Positions 9,920-18,203 of a stretch of DNA of 56,026 nt are shown in pieces; positions within the stretch are counted from its first letter, which is position 1; every line of letters starts with the position of its first letter. The notes beneath the pieces are model-generated. The model saw nothing but the letters and a program-made list of their open reading frames with translations. It was not told where the DNA came from and did not search any database. This stretch comes from a virus (lineage: Duplodnaviria > Caudoviricetes), in IMG/VR virus record IMGVR_UViG_3300025128_000046, positions 1 to 56,026 of that record, one strand, 5' to 3'. A program made the position numbers and the translations under genes.

Positions 9920-10414
9920 CTAATTCTGAAAAGAAGGTCGCCTTCCTCTTGTTGTTACTGATTTACTTGTGTTGGAGATAGGCATACGAGAGTCAGAGTT
10001 TTTCATGAGTTGTGCATTAACTGCATCCATCATGTCATTCGCTTTATTCTCATAGAACTTTCTCCTAGCCTTTACCTTACCTGCTGGCATTTTAGCCAAA
10101 GCTAAGTCTCCACGACAGACTGTACCAAGGTATCGGCCTTCGTCCCTCACGAAGGACGTAACAGCCATTTCAGGAACTTCATCAGGAGTTACAAAGACCC
10201 AACCTGCTTGTTGTTTCTTACCAACATTAGCAATGTCATCTTGACCTTTTAACGATATACGTATCCAACGAAGGGCCATGCCTTCATTATCAAAACGTGC
10301 TTGTACCACATCTGGTATGGTGAGGGCATCGGGTTCCTCAAAGGTCCATTCTTCTTCTCTTAAATTCTGTTCTCTCAAACTGTCACTACGTGTTTCATTT
10401 CGTGTTGTATTCAT
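9920..10414 (-). CDS. Conserved head-module hypothetical protein
   Basis: 164 aa; RWIR, GW.FV, GDLALAKMP; between scaffold and capsid. Confidence 0.7.
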   Translation of the reverse strand: MNTTRNETRSDSLREQNLREEEWTFEEPDALTIPDVVQARFDNEGMALRWIRISLKGQDDIANVGKKQQAGWVFVTPDEVPEMAVTSFVRDEGRYLGTVCRGDLALAKMPAGKVKARRKFYENKANDMMDAVNAQLMKNSDSRMPISNTSKSVTTRGRRPSFQN

Positions 10415-10431
10415 TTTGTTCTCCCACGCTA

Positions 10432-11382
10432 CTATTTATAAACATCTGTATACTCACCATCAGCTTTTGATACTTTAAGCTTTTGGGCCGCATACGTTTC
10501 AATTGGTATATTCCATTTCTCAGCTAATCTCATATCTTCTTGCGTGAGCTTAACTTTGTTTTTAGAACTCGGAGAGGAGCGAGAACTCCCCGATACCACT
10601 TGAGCAGGACTTGACGTAGTTTCCTGCACACGTTCTTGAGCTTCTCCAAACTTTTGTGGAAAAGCATTTTTGATTCTGTTATCAATTTCTTGATAAAATT
10701 CATTATCATTTGGACTAAAACCTTCTTCTTTTAATTCTGCATCTATTGCAAGAGCAGCGGCAGTCATAACATTATCTTTACCAAACCAATCATTATTAGA
10801 AGCCCACTCTTCTGCTTTAGGGTCTGTAACTGATTGCTGTGGAATTGGCTGTTGTTGTACTGGTCTTCGTTGTTGTTGTTGCGCTACTCTTTTTTCATAA
10901 TTTATTTTTGCTGATGTAACAGCTTTTAAATCATTTTGTGCTTCATTTAACATTTCCTGTGCTGTAAGAAGTTTTTCTTTTTCACCTTCTTCAAACGCAT
11001 CAAGATATGCGGCTCTGGCTAATTGAATTTTATCTTCCAATTGTTTTTCTGAAGCATTAAGACTAACTTTATTAATCTCATTTACTTCAGTATTTTTTAC
11101 ATTTACAGCTAATTTTAATTGTTCATTCTGACGTACAAGTTCTTGAATTTGTTCTTCACGTTCTTTACGTTGTCTAACAAGCTGCTTAATTCTTTTTTGC
11201 GCTCCTGAAGTTTCTATTCCTTCAAGTTCTTTGATTTCAGTTTCTTCTTTAACTTCAGTCTTTTCTTTAACTTCAGGTTCTGCTTTTAATTCTTGTTGCT
11301 CTTCTTCAACTTCATATTCTACTTTATCTTCATTAGTATTGTTTGGGATTTCTACAGTTCCCCAACTGTCATCTTTTTCCAT
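10432..11382 (-). CDS. Putative capsid scaffolding protein
   Basis: 316 aa; acidic coiled coil; DPKAEEWASNNDWFG; GGAG RBS; upstream of capsid genes. Confidence 0.7.
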   Translation of the reverse strand: MEKDDSWGTVEIPNNTNEDKVEYEVEEEQQELKAEPEVKEKTEVKEETEIKELEGIETSGAQKRIKQLVRQRKEREEQIQELVRQNEQLKLAVNVKNTEVNEINKVSLNASEKQLEDKIQLARAAYLDAFEEGEKEKLLTAQEMLNEAQNDLKAVTSAKINYEKRVAQQQQRRPVQQQPIPQQSVTDPKAEEWASNNDWFGKDNVMTAAALAIDAELKEEGFSPNDNEFYQEIDNRIKNAFPQKFGEAQERVQETTSSPAQVVSGSSRSSPSSKNKVKLTQEDMRLAEKWNIPIETYAAQKLKVSKADGEYTDVYK

Positions 11383-11437
11383 TATTTTCTCCGTTGTTTA
11401 CGAAACAAACGATTTACGTAAAATTAATTGCTATACT

Positions 11438-11466
11438 ATTATACCATATTTTTAATGCTTTTGCAA
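11438..11466 (-). promoter_or_regulatory. Sigma70-type late promoter for scaffold/capsid operon
   Basis: Minus strand TTGCAA-N17-TATAAT(AGTA) with extended TGn. Confidence 0.75.
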
Positions 11467-11467
11467 A

Positions 11468-11890
11468 TTAATCTGACCCTTTTCCTAAATTAAATGTAGG
11501 GTCAAGGTCTTTAGGGTCATCAACCCTCATAATTATCTGGTCATCAAAAAGTAGTATTAATCTAATACCTTGATAAAAAAGTTTTGTACCAGCATGTTTA
11601 CCATAACATACATAGTCTCCTACATTACACCAAGCACCATTAGGAAATTTGTTTTCATCTTTATATGCTAACTCTCCTAATCCAATTACCTCACCTACTG
11701 TTGTAAGATAACTAATATCATCCTTGGTAGAATCTGGTATAAATATACCACCTTTTGTTTTACTCTTTACCGATACTGGTTTTATTAGAACGTGAAAACC
11801 AGGCAATTCTGGTAAACTCTTTAACTCTATATCATCGGCGTCAATCCACTCATCGTTTTTCAACGCATTACCCATCTGCACCTGTCTCAT
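11468..11890 (-). CDS. GroES/Cpn10-like co-chaperonin
   Basis: VLIKP...KTKGGIFIPD mobile loop, GEVIGLG, VGDYV.YGKHAG. Confidence 0.85.
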   Translation of the reverse strand: MRQVQMGNALKNDEWIDADDIELKSLPELPGFHVLIKPVSVKSKTKGGIFIPDSTKDDISYLTTVGEVIGLGELAYKDENKFPNGAWCNVGDYVCYGKHAGTKLFYQGIRLILLFDDQIIMRVDDPKDLDPTFNLGKGSD

Positions 11891-12079
11891 TTAATCCTCG
11901 CTATACATCCTTTTCTTAATAATATCTGTTAAATTATTTCTTGCCCATTCCAAACCTTGTATTGAACCTACAACTTGTCTGTAATGTGCATAGTCTTCAG
12001 CAGAACCATCTCCTAGTGAAGTCTTTAATCTTTCAATTTCACCATTGAAGTCCTGCACGACTTCATCCCAAATATCCAT
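11891..12079 (-). CDS. Small hypothetical protein between portal and GroES
   Basis: 62 aa; G.AEDYAHYRQVVGSIQGL. Confidence 0.7.
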   Translation of the reverse strand: MDIWDEVVQDFNGEIERLKTSLGDGSAEDYAHYRQVVGSIQGLEWARNNLTDIIKKRMYSED

Positions 12080-12084
12080 TGGAA

Positions 12085-12264
12085 TTAAGAGGTAGCCCTC
12101 TTAGTACTTTTTAGAGGTTTAGGCATTTCATAAGAAAAATCATCCCACTCATTGAGTGCGCTTCTCATGCTACGTGGACCCCAAACATCTTTTTTAAATG
12201 GATTACCAAAAGTTTTTGATGTATCCTTTACATGCTCTGGATAACCCTTACCTTTTTTCATCAT
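12085..12264 (-). CDS. Small hypothetical protein (59 aa)
   Basis: Below ORF-track cutoff. MMKKGKGYPEHVKD...; ATG overlaps the portal stop; GGAG RBS. Confidence 0.6.
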   Translation of the reverse strand: MMKKGKGYPEHVKDTSKTFGNPFKKDVWGPRSMRSALNEWDDFSYEMPKPLKSTKRATS

Positions 12265-14738
12265 TAGTCTTCTCCTTTTTTCATTTCTTCAACAGCTAAA
12301 CGTGACAATGTATTTAGCTTTGTTTCTTCTACATCTTTATCATCTTTCATTTCTTCAATCTTAATCTTAGCAAGATTATTCATTGCAGTAATTTCTTTCT
12401 TGGATTCTCTATCAGCTTCAGCTTTCTCACGTTTAAACTTATCAGTAGCACCAGACTCAAGCATATCCAATATTTGTTCATTCTCTTCAAGTTCAAGTTT
12501 CTTTGTCTTGAGTTCAAGTTCAGCAGCCGTAACAGCCGTATCAGATTGTAGTTTCTGTTGTTGTAACTTAACCTTCTCTTGCTCAAGCATAACAAGCTGT
12601 TGTTCTGGTGTTGGAGGTGGTGGCTGTTGATTGGCTTGCATAACTTTTTGTGCAGCCTCTGCCATAGCCATTTCAATAACAGAAGGTTGACCTTGTTGTT
12701 CTGCTGGAACTTGTTGCATCATTTGTTCTGTAACACCACTCATTTGTTCTTGATACTTCAGTACAGAATGTTCTTGTATATTAGATTCAAGTACAGGTTT
12801 AATCCTAGCCATAATAGGATTAGCACCATTGGCAGGGTCTTGTAAATAAGCCATCTTAACTTGTATATGAGCATCGTGGTTCTGTGCAGGAAAAGCTGCA
12901 ATAGGTAAACCTTTTGTAACAGCCATGATATCAGATACAGGGTCAAGCGGTTGTGGCTCAATCTTGGGTGGCAATATTTGCTCTAGGTTAGGCATGTTGG
13001 CTGCATTGAGAATAGTCCTGTTAAGTTCCTCAATGTTAAACATACCTGGTGGCGACTGCTGTGCCATTTGCAGAGCCATGTTTGCCAACATCATACGATG
13101 GGCATTAGAAGGAATATTAGGGTCAGAAACAGGTACAATATCCACTCGTCCATCAAAGTCAGCTTTAAATATATTTCTATCTTCAAACGGTACTTCATAA
13201 GGATATTCATTAGGTAAATAATCATGGTCTATCTGCGCCAGTATTCTAAACTCATCCCTTTGTGACTTATGTAATCTTTTATGAATTGCAGAGAAAAACT
13301 TACTTGAAGCTTCTAGCAATGCCATTGTTGTTCCAACGGGTCCATAGGAGGCAGCATCAGAGATAACTTGCTCAGTACTGTCTGCAAACTTCTGACCAGC
13401 AGCAGTTACAAACCCAAGCATCTGGAAGAGCGTTGAGGAAGGCTCTTTATAGGGCAGGGGAACTATAGCCCTAGATAAATCAATACCAGTTGCTTCGACC
13501 TCCTTGAACTCGCCAGGAGCGATTGGTTCATTATCACCAACCATCCTTACTCCCTTTGCCTTAAAACCGCCTGGTAAATTGGCGAACTGTCCAGCGTCTA
13601 TGAGGGAGCGCATCGCAGCAGTTGCCGACATGGTGAGATTACCAAGGAAATGGATAAGGCCCAATCCATAGAATCCAAAACCAGGTACAAACCTATAGTG
13701 AACGAAATGGCTTCGCTTCTCTTTATTCGGGTCATCCTGCTCGTAGTTTCTACGAATACTTAAAACTTGTCTTGACTGTTCCTCTACAGTTACAATGTAT
13801 GGACAAGCAACACCTTCTTCTTCTAACTCAAGATAACAGTGTTGCTCCAGTAATACATATTGTGGGTCACTATCATATGATGGAGATATACCCAAAATAT
13901 TATCTATCTTAGTTGCAAAACCACTAGAAGAAAGCTGTGATGGAGAAGGTAGGTCTACATCTTTGTAAACACCTGCTCTAATATCCTGTTGTAATTCTAC
14001 AGGACTTTTATATATCACATGTGTATAGCGGTCTGCATTTCTTAAATCAGTAGCATAGTAAGATACATAGAACTGGTCTATAGGTATAAACTCTGATACT
14101 GGTCTTTTAAAAGTTGAGCTATAATAAATCTTTTTAAATGCCGAACCTATAAGAGGGAGATGAAAAAGCATTCTTTCAAATTCATCAAAGTACTCTGGCA
14201 TCTGTTCTGTAAGCTGATAGTTCATAAAATTCTGAACCCTGTTGGCTTGCATTTCTTTCTCTGGTGTTGCGGCACCAAGAATGTTTGCCTTTACAGGGCC
14301 ACCAGAAGGAAATAATTCCTGTGTAGCTTTTGATTGAAACTTAACAGCCGATTCAATTAATAGCGGATGTACAGCCGTACAAGCTCCCTGAAATGGTTCT
14401 GAACCTTCTTCCAGCTTTAGACCAAGTAGGTCAAAGCCTCTTTCAAACATAGACTCCCACTCACCTCTGCTATCTTTATCTGCATTATAATTTTCAATAA
14501 CATCTGTAGATATACCTTGCAGGTCTTCTTCATCTAGGTCTTCACTGAGGTCACCATACCATTCAGATACTTCTTCTGAAGCTTCCATCTCTACAGACTC
14601 TGAAGAAAAGTCTACAATAACACCACCATCAGAAGGGTCAATCTCAATAGACACATTGGACTGTTCTTCAGGGACCATTGCAATAATATTAGTCTCCGCT
14701 TCAGGAATTATATCAAAAGGATTACGTTCTGTTGCCAT
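12264..14738 (-). CDS. Portal protein
   Basis: 824 aa; HPLLIESAVKFQ, GSAFKKIYY, PGFGFYGLGL, NLPGGFKAKG; long Q-rich/coiled-coil C-terminus; position in packaging module. Confidence 0.85.
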   Translation of the reverse strand: MATERNPFDIIPEAETNIIAMVPEEQSNVSIEIDPSDGGVIVDFSSESVEMEASEEVSEWYGDLSEDLDEEDLQGISTDVIENYNADKDSRGEWESMFERGFDLLGLKLEEGSEPFQGACTAVHPLLIESAVKFQSKATQELFPSGGPVKANILGAATPEKEMQANRVQNFMNYQLTEQMPEYFDEFERMLFHLPLIGSAFKKIYYSSTFKRPVSEFIPIDQFYVSYYATDLRNADRYTHVIYKSPVELQQDIRAGVYKDVDLPSPSQLSSSGFATKIDNILGISPSYDSDPQYVLLEQHCYLELEEEGVACPYIVTVEEQSRQVLSIRRNYEQDDPNKEKRSHFVHYRFVPGFGFYGLGLIHFLGNLTMSATAAMRSLIDAGQFANLPGGFKAKGVRMVGDNEPIAPGEFKEVEATGIDLSRAIVPLPYKEPSSTLFQMLGFVTAAGQKFADSTEQVISDAASYGPVGTTMALLEASSKFFSAIHKRLHKSQRDEFRILAQIDHDYLPNEYPYEVPFEDRNIFKADFDGRVDIVPVSDPNIPSNAHRMMLANMALQMAQQSPPGMFNIEELNRTILNAANMPNLEQILPPKIEPQPLDPVSDIMAVTKGLPIAAFPAQNHDAHIQVKMAYLQDPANGANPIMARIKPVLESNIQEHSVLKYQEQMSGVTEQMMQQVPAEQQGQPSVIEMAMAEAAQKVMQANQQPPPPTPEQQLVMLEQEKVKLQQQKLQSDTAVTAAELELKTKKLELEENEQILDMLESGATDKFKREKAEADRESKKEITAMNNLAKIKIEEMKDDKDVEETKLNTLSRLAVEEMKKGED

Positions 14739-17458
14739 TATTTAATTCCCATAGCAGGATTGTATTGAAGCCCAAAGCCACTACTAAATGGTTGTTGAGT
14801 GCCAAAGGGTGCAGGACTTTGCATACCAAACCCTTGAAGATTTTGACCCATGCTTTGTTGTTGCATTGCTGGTCTTCCATAAAGTTGAGAAGTATATGCT
14901 TGGTCCATATTTTGTTGTAAACCTTGTAGACCTGTAGGTTGTGGTTGTTGTTCTATCATAGGTCCATTAGTAACTTCTAGAACTTGTGGTTGAAGTATAG
15001 TAGGTATTTGAGGCATCATTTCGTCATCTATTGAAGTCTTTGGCTCATCACCTATTGGAAGTGGTTCATAAAGTGGGTCACCTGGTTCTTGAACATTAAT
15101 AGGCAGTACTGGTTTATCAACTGTTGTAATTGGAAATCCTTTAGGAAGTCCAAAATCTTCTACCACATTACCTTGTGCATCTCTGACCATGCCTTCATCA
15201 TCTCTATAAAAACTTTTTTGTTTTTGAAGTGCTTGACGTTCTGCTGCGGTTTGTGGTGTTGTTCCTAATTGTGCTATTCTAAGTTTTTGTAATTCTCTTG
15301 CTGTTTGTTCAGGGTCAAAAGTAGGTCCACCAGTTTGTCTACGTATTAGATTGCGTAGTCCACCACCACCATAAGCTTCTGTGGTTTCATCTTCATCATC
15401 TTCATCGGGTAAACCAATTGTTTGTTTTAATTTAGGCAGTGCAGGTATTCTTAGTCTTGCTTCTTCTGGAGATATACCATAAGCTGCAGCATATAGATTA
15501 GGACTAAATGGTGCAAATCCAGTATAATTAAACTTGGGTGTTTTTAAAGCTTCTTGTCTACGTATCCTAGCCATCTTTGCAAACAAATCTTCAGGCGCAC
15601 CTGCTGGTTGTGCTGCTACTGCAGCTTGGTAGGGTGAAGCAGATTGTGTTGTAGAAGGCGCATATGGAGAAGGTACACCCAATCTTTCAAAGTACTGAGC
15701 CATTGCTGACTTAGGTTCTTCTTTTTCTTCTTCTTTCTTTTTAGGTATGATTATTGGGTCATCACCTTGTATTTCTTCAAAAGCAATGTCAGGGGTAATA
15801 CCTAGATTAGCAAAGTCTCTTGCTTCTTGAGCATATCCTTCTCTAAGTGCTTCGTCAGTCATAAAACCAACATCTAAGGCTGCTCCACCATAACCAGGTG
15901 AGGCAGGACCAGTACTCATAGTGTATTCTTCAGGGCCTAAAGGTCTACCTGTCATCGTGTATTCTTCAGGGCCTCTAGGTCTAGCTGTCATAGTATACTC
16001 TTCTGGACCTCTAGGTCTTCCTGTCATCGTGTATTCTTCTGGACCTCTAGGTCTTCCTGTCATCGTGTATTCTTCAGGGCCTCTAGGTCTAGCTGTCATA
16101 GTATACTCTTCAGGGCCTAAAGGTCTATCAGAATCACTTTTAGCTGCTTTAGCTGCTTTAGCTGCTTTAGCTGTGCTTTTTTGAAGTGCCTCAAAATCTA
16201 TATCTTTTAAACTTCTTGCTGCATCTCTAAGGTCATATCCTAATCCTCCTAGCTGCGCTCTTTGAGAAACCTGTGCTGTAGGTCCATAAGCATCTAAAGC
16301 TGCACCACCATATTGACCCATTGATGGTGATACTTCCATAGTATATTCTTCTGGTCCTAAAGGTCTATCTTCCATAGTGCCTGTCATGGTATACTCTTCT
16401 GGACCTCTAGGTCTACCTTCCATAGTATACTCTTCAGGGCCTAAAGGTCTTCCTGTCATAGTATACTCTTCAGGGCCTAAAGGTCTTCCTGTCATCGTGT
16501 ATTCTTCAGGGCCTAAAGGTCTACCTTCCATAGTATATTCTTCAGGGCCTAAAGGTCTACCTTCCATAGTATATTCTTCAGGGCCTCTAGGTCTTCCTGT
16601 CATAGTATACTCTTCAGGGCCTAAAGGTCTATCTGTTGGGGTAAATTCACCAATACCTACATCACGACCAATATCTGAAGTTACAGCATTAACTTGTTCT
16701 TGCGTTACTTCACTTGGGCTTACACCAAATCTATCTGCAACTTCATTTCTTAAATCTGTGCCAATATCAGCTACAACACCAGGCAAACCCGTTAGCATAT
16801 CATAAAAGCCTCTTCCTGCATCTATTGCTATACTAGCTGGGCTAAACTGACTATAGAAATCACCTGCTGCTCCCAATACTGCACCAACTGCGTCAGCACC
16901 TGAATAGGTATAGTTACCATCTTTATCTACTGTAACATTAAGGTCGAGTCCTAAAGCAGATGCGTCTTCAACCATATTATCAGCTACTTGCTGGTCACGG
17001 GCTTGTATACCTTTATCTACTGTCTCAGCATATCCTAAATCAGACAGTTCATTATAGCCTAATCCAATATCAAAAGAACCATCACCAGCATAACCACCAC
17101 CAAAGCCAGTACCTTCAACATCTTCATAATCATCCATACCTTTTTGAGAACGCTCTGCTGCTTCTTCTTGTTCTTTATCTCCTTCTAAACCAGGCGCACC
17201 ATAATCTGCTTCTAAACCTGCTTCCATTGAAGCATGAGAACCTTTACCACCTATACCTTCATAATTTTCAAAATCAGCGGCTGTTAGTCCTGTTGATTTA
17301 TCTTTACCTGTATCAGTTCCAGTACCACCACCACTATCACTGTCACCACCATCACCACCAAAGCAACAATGCTGAAGTTCATACTCATTAAAGTAGTTTA
17401 ACCACGGCTGTTTAGCAGGGCCATCATTCCACATTTGTTTTTTAAATTCTTTCAACAT
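14738..17458 (-). CDS. 906-aa acidic low-complexity protein with 12-aa tandem repeats; putative internal virion protein and acylation substrate
   Basis: N-terminal leader ending HCCFGG, then a Gly/Asp-rich tract, 14 copies of (G/D/A)RP(L/R)GPEEYTM(T/E/S), and a Q-rich tail; overlaps the upstream HlyC-like gene. Confidence 0.8.
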   Translation of the reverse strand: MLKEFKKQMWNDGPAKQPWLNYFNEYELQHCCFGGDGGDSDSGGGTGTDTGKDKSTGLTAADFENYEGIGGKGSHASMEAGLEADYGAPGLEGDKEQEEAAERSQKGMDDYEDVEGTGFGGGYAGDGSFDIGLGYNELSDLGYAETVDKGIQARDQQVADNMVEDASALGLDLNVTVDKDGNYTYSGADAVGAVLGAAGDFYSQFSPASIAIDAGRGFYDMLTGLPGVVADIGTDLRNEVADRFGVSPSEVTQEQVNAVTSDIGRDVGIGEFTPTDRPLGPEEYTMTGRPRGPEEYTMEGRPLGPEEYTMEGRPLGPEEYTMTGRPLGPEEYTMTGRPLGPEEYTMEGRPRGPEEYTMTGTMEDRPLGPEEYTMEVSPSMGQYGGAALDAYGPTAQVSQRAQLGGLGYDLRDAARSLKDIDFEALQKSTAKAAKAAKAAKSDSDRPLGPEEYTMTARPRGPEEYTMTGRPRGPEEYTMTGRPRGPEEYTMTARPRGPEEYTMTGRPLGPEEYTMSTGPASPGYGGAALDVGFMTDEALREGYAQEARDFANLGITPDIAFEEIQGDDPIIIPKKKEEEKEEPKSAMAQYFERLGVPSPYAPSTTQSASPYQAAVAAQPAGAPEDLFAKMARIRRQEALKTPKFNYTGFAPFSPNLYAAAYGISPEEARLRIPALPKLKQTIGLPDEDDEDETTEAYGGGGLRNLIRRQTGGPTFDPEQTARELQKLRIAQLGTTPQTAAERQALQKQKSFYRDDEGMVRDAQGNVVEDFGLPKGFPITTVDKPVLPINVQEPGDPLYEPLPIGDEPKTSIDDEMMPQIPTILQPQVLEVTNGPMIEQQPQPTGLQGLQQNMDQAYTSQLYGRPAMQQQSMGQNLQGFGMQSPAPFGTQQPFSSGFGLQYNPAMGIK
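15914..16129 (-). repeat. Six 36-bp coding tandem repeats
   Basis: Units such as gtcatcgtgtattcttcagggcctctaggtct; in frame; no spacers. Confidence 0.9.
16139..16171 (-). repeat. 9-bp coding tandem repeat (Ala-Ala-Lys)
   Basis: (tttagctgc)x3 plus a partial copy. Confidence 0.85.
16334..16633 (-). repeat. Eight 36-bp coding tandem repeats with one 12-bp insertion
   Basis: Same unit as 15914-16129; 8x36+12=300 bp. Confidence 0.9.
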
Positions 17459-17849
17459 TGTTCACCCTATTGCTCCCCAACCGTTTAAAATTAACTTTAT
17501 TTGGTAATCCTAATTCTTTTCTTAGGTTATCCAATCTCTTAATTGCAATACGTGTACCACCAAAAGGACATATCACATCTATCAACCAAAGGTTATCTCC
17601 ACTGTTCCAATCGTGTGGTTGAATCTTTCTTGTTCGATTTTTATAACCTTCTTCAGCTTCTTCTGGTAACATTGCCCAACTTGCATAACAGAGTGGAACT
17701 TCTTCATCTACATATATTCTATATTGATTTAACCTTAGTGGTGGTATAACCAATCGTTGTATATCTCTTATAGTCCAATTCTCATGTTTAACAGACAATG
17801 ATAATATAAATAATACCTTTTCTAAATCACTTCGATAATCGTGTTGCAA
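17442..17849 (-). CDS. RTX toxin-activating lysine acyltransferase (HlyC/TAAT family)
   Basis: SxxH (SVKH), PP..LNQY, PLCYASWA and DWNSGDNLWLIDVICPFGG match HlyC-family signatures. Probable TTG start at 17849 overlapping the upstream gene (ORF track starts at 17894). Confidence 0.88.
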   Translation of the reverse strand: MQHDYRSDLEKVLFILSLSVKHENWTIRDIQRLVIPPLRLNQYRIYVDEEVPLCYASWAMLPEEAEEGYKNRTRKIQPHDWNSGDNLWLIDVICPFGGTRIAIKRLDNLRKELGLPNKVNFKRLGSNRVNNVERI

Positions 17850-18120
17850 TAATCTCTTCTGCCTTTGGTAGTAATCTAATACCACAGTACCCAATCATGA
17901 ATGCTATGGCTGGACCCCAAGTCATATCCAAGGCCCAATGTTTCATTATGGGTGGTATAAACCACTCTGCAGCTATCCACCCCACTATAATTGCAAGACC
18001 AACATCTTTTATAGCGGTCCAATTAAAATTCTTTTTTGTTAATACATTGGTTGCACCGCCTACTCCACTGGAAAGAATACAACATGTTTTAGCTCCAAGC
18101 GTTTGAATTAACCACTCCAT
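17827..18120 (-). CDS. Small membrane protein with 2-3 TM segments (holin-like)
   Basis: 97 aa; hydrophobic segments VGLAIIVGWIAAEWFI and WGPAIAFMIGYCG; AAGGAG RBS. Confidence 0.7.
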   Translation of the reverse strand: MEWLIQTLGAKTCCILSSGVGGATNVLTKKNFNWTAIKDVGLAIIVGWIAAEWFIPPIMKHWALDMTWGPAIAFMIGYCGIRLLPKAEEIIATRLSK

Positions 18121-18173
18121 TGTTTGTCTCCTTATTAGATTGTTACCATATAAAACCTATTTTTGTTTATACT

Positions 18174-18202
18174 ATTATATCACATTTTTACTCTGAATGC
18201 AA
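18174..18202 (-). promoter_or_regulatory. Sigma70-type late promoter ahead of the holin-like/HlyC/906-aa cassette
   Basis: Minus strand TTGCAT-N17-TATAAT(AGTA) with extended TGn, immediately after the terL stop. Confidence 0.75.
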
Positions 18203-18203
18203 A

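Noticed and set aside
15914-16633. 36-bp repeats as a CRISPR array
   Set aside because: Units are directly adjacent with no unique spacers, preserve reading frame and vary mostly at synonymous positions; no cas operon.
14738-17458. 906-aa protein as a canonical RTX toxin
   Set aside because: Only two partial GGxGxD matches, N-terminal and within low-complexity sequence; no C-terminal nonapeptide array or type I secretion genes.
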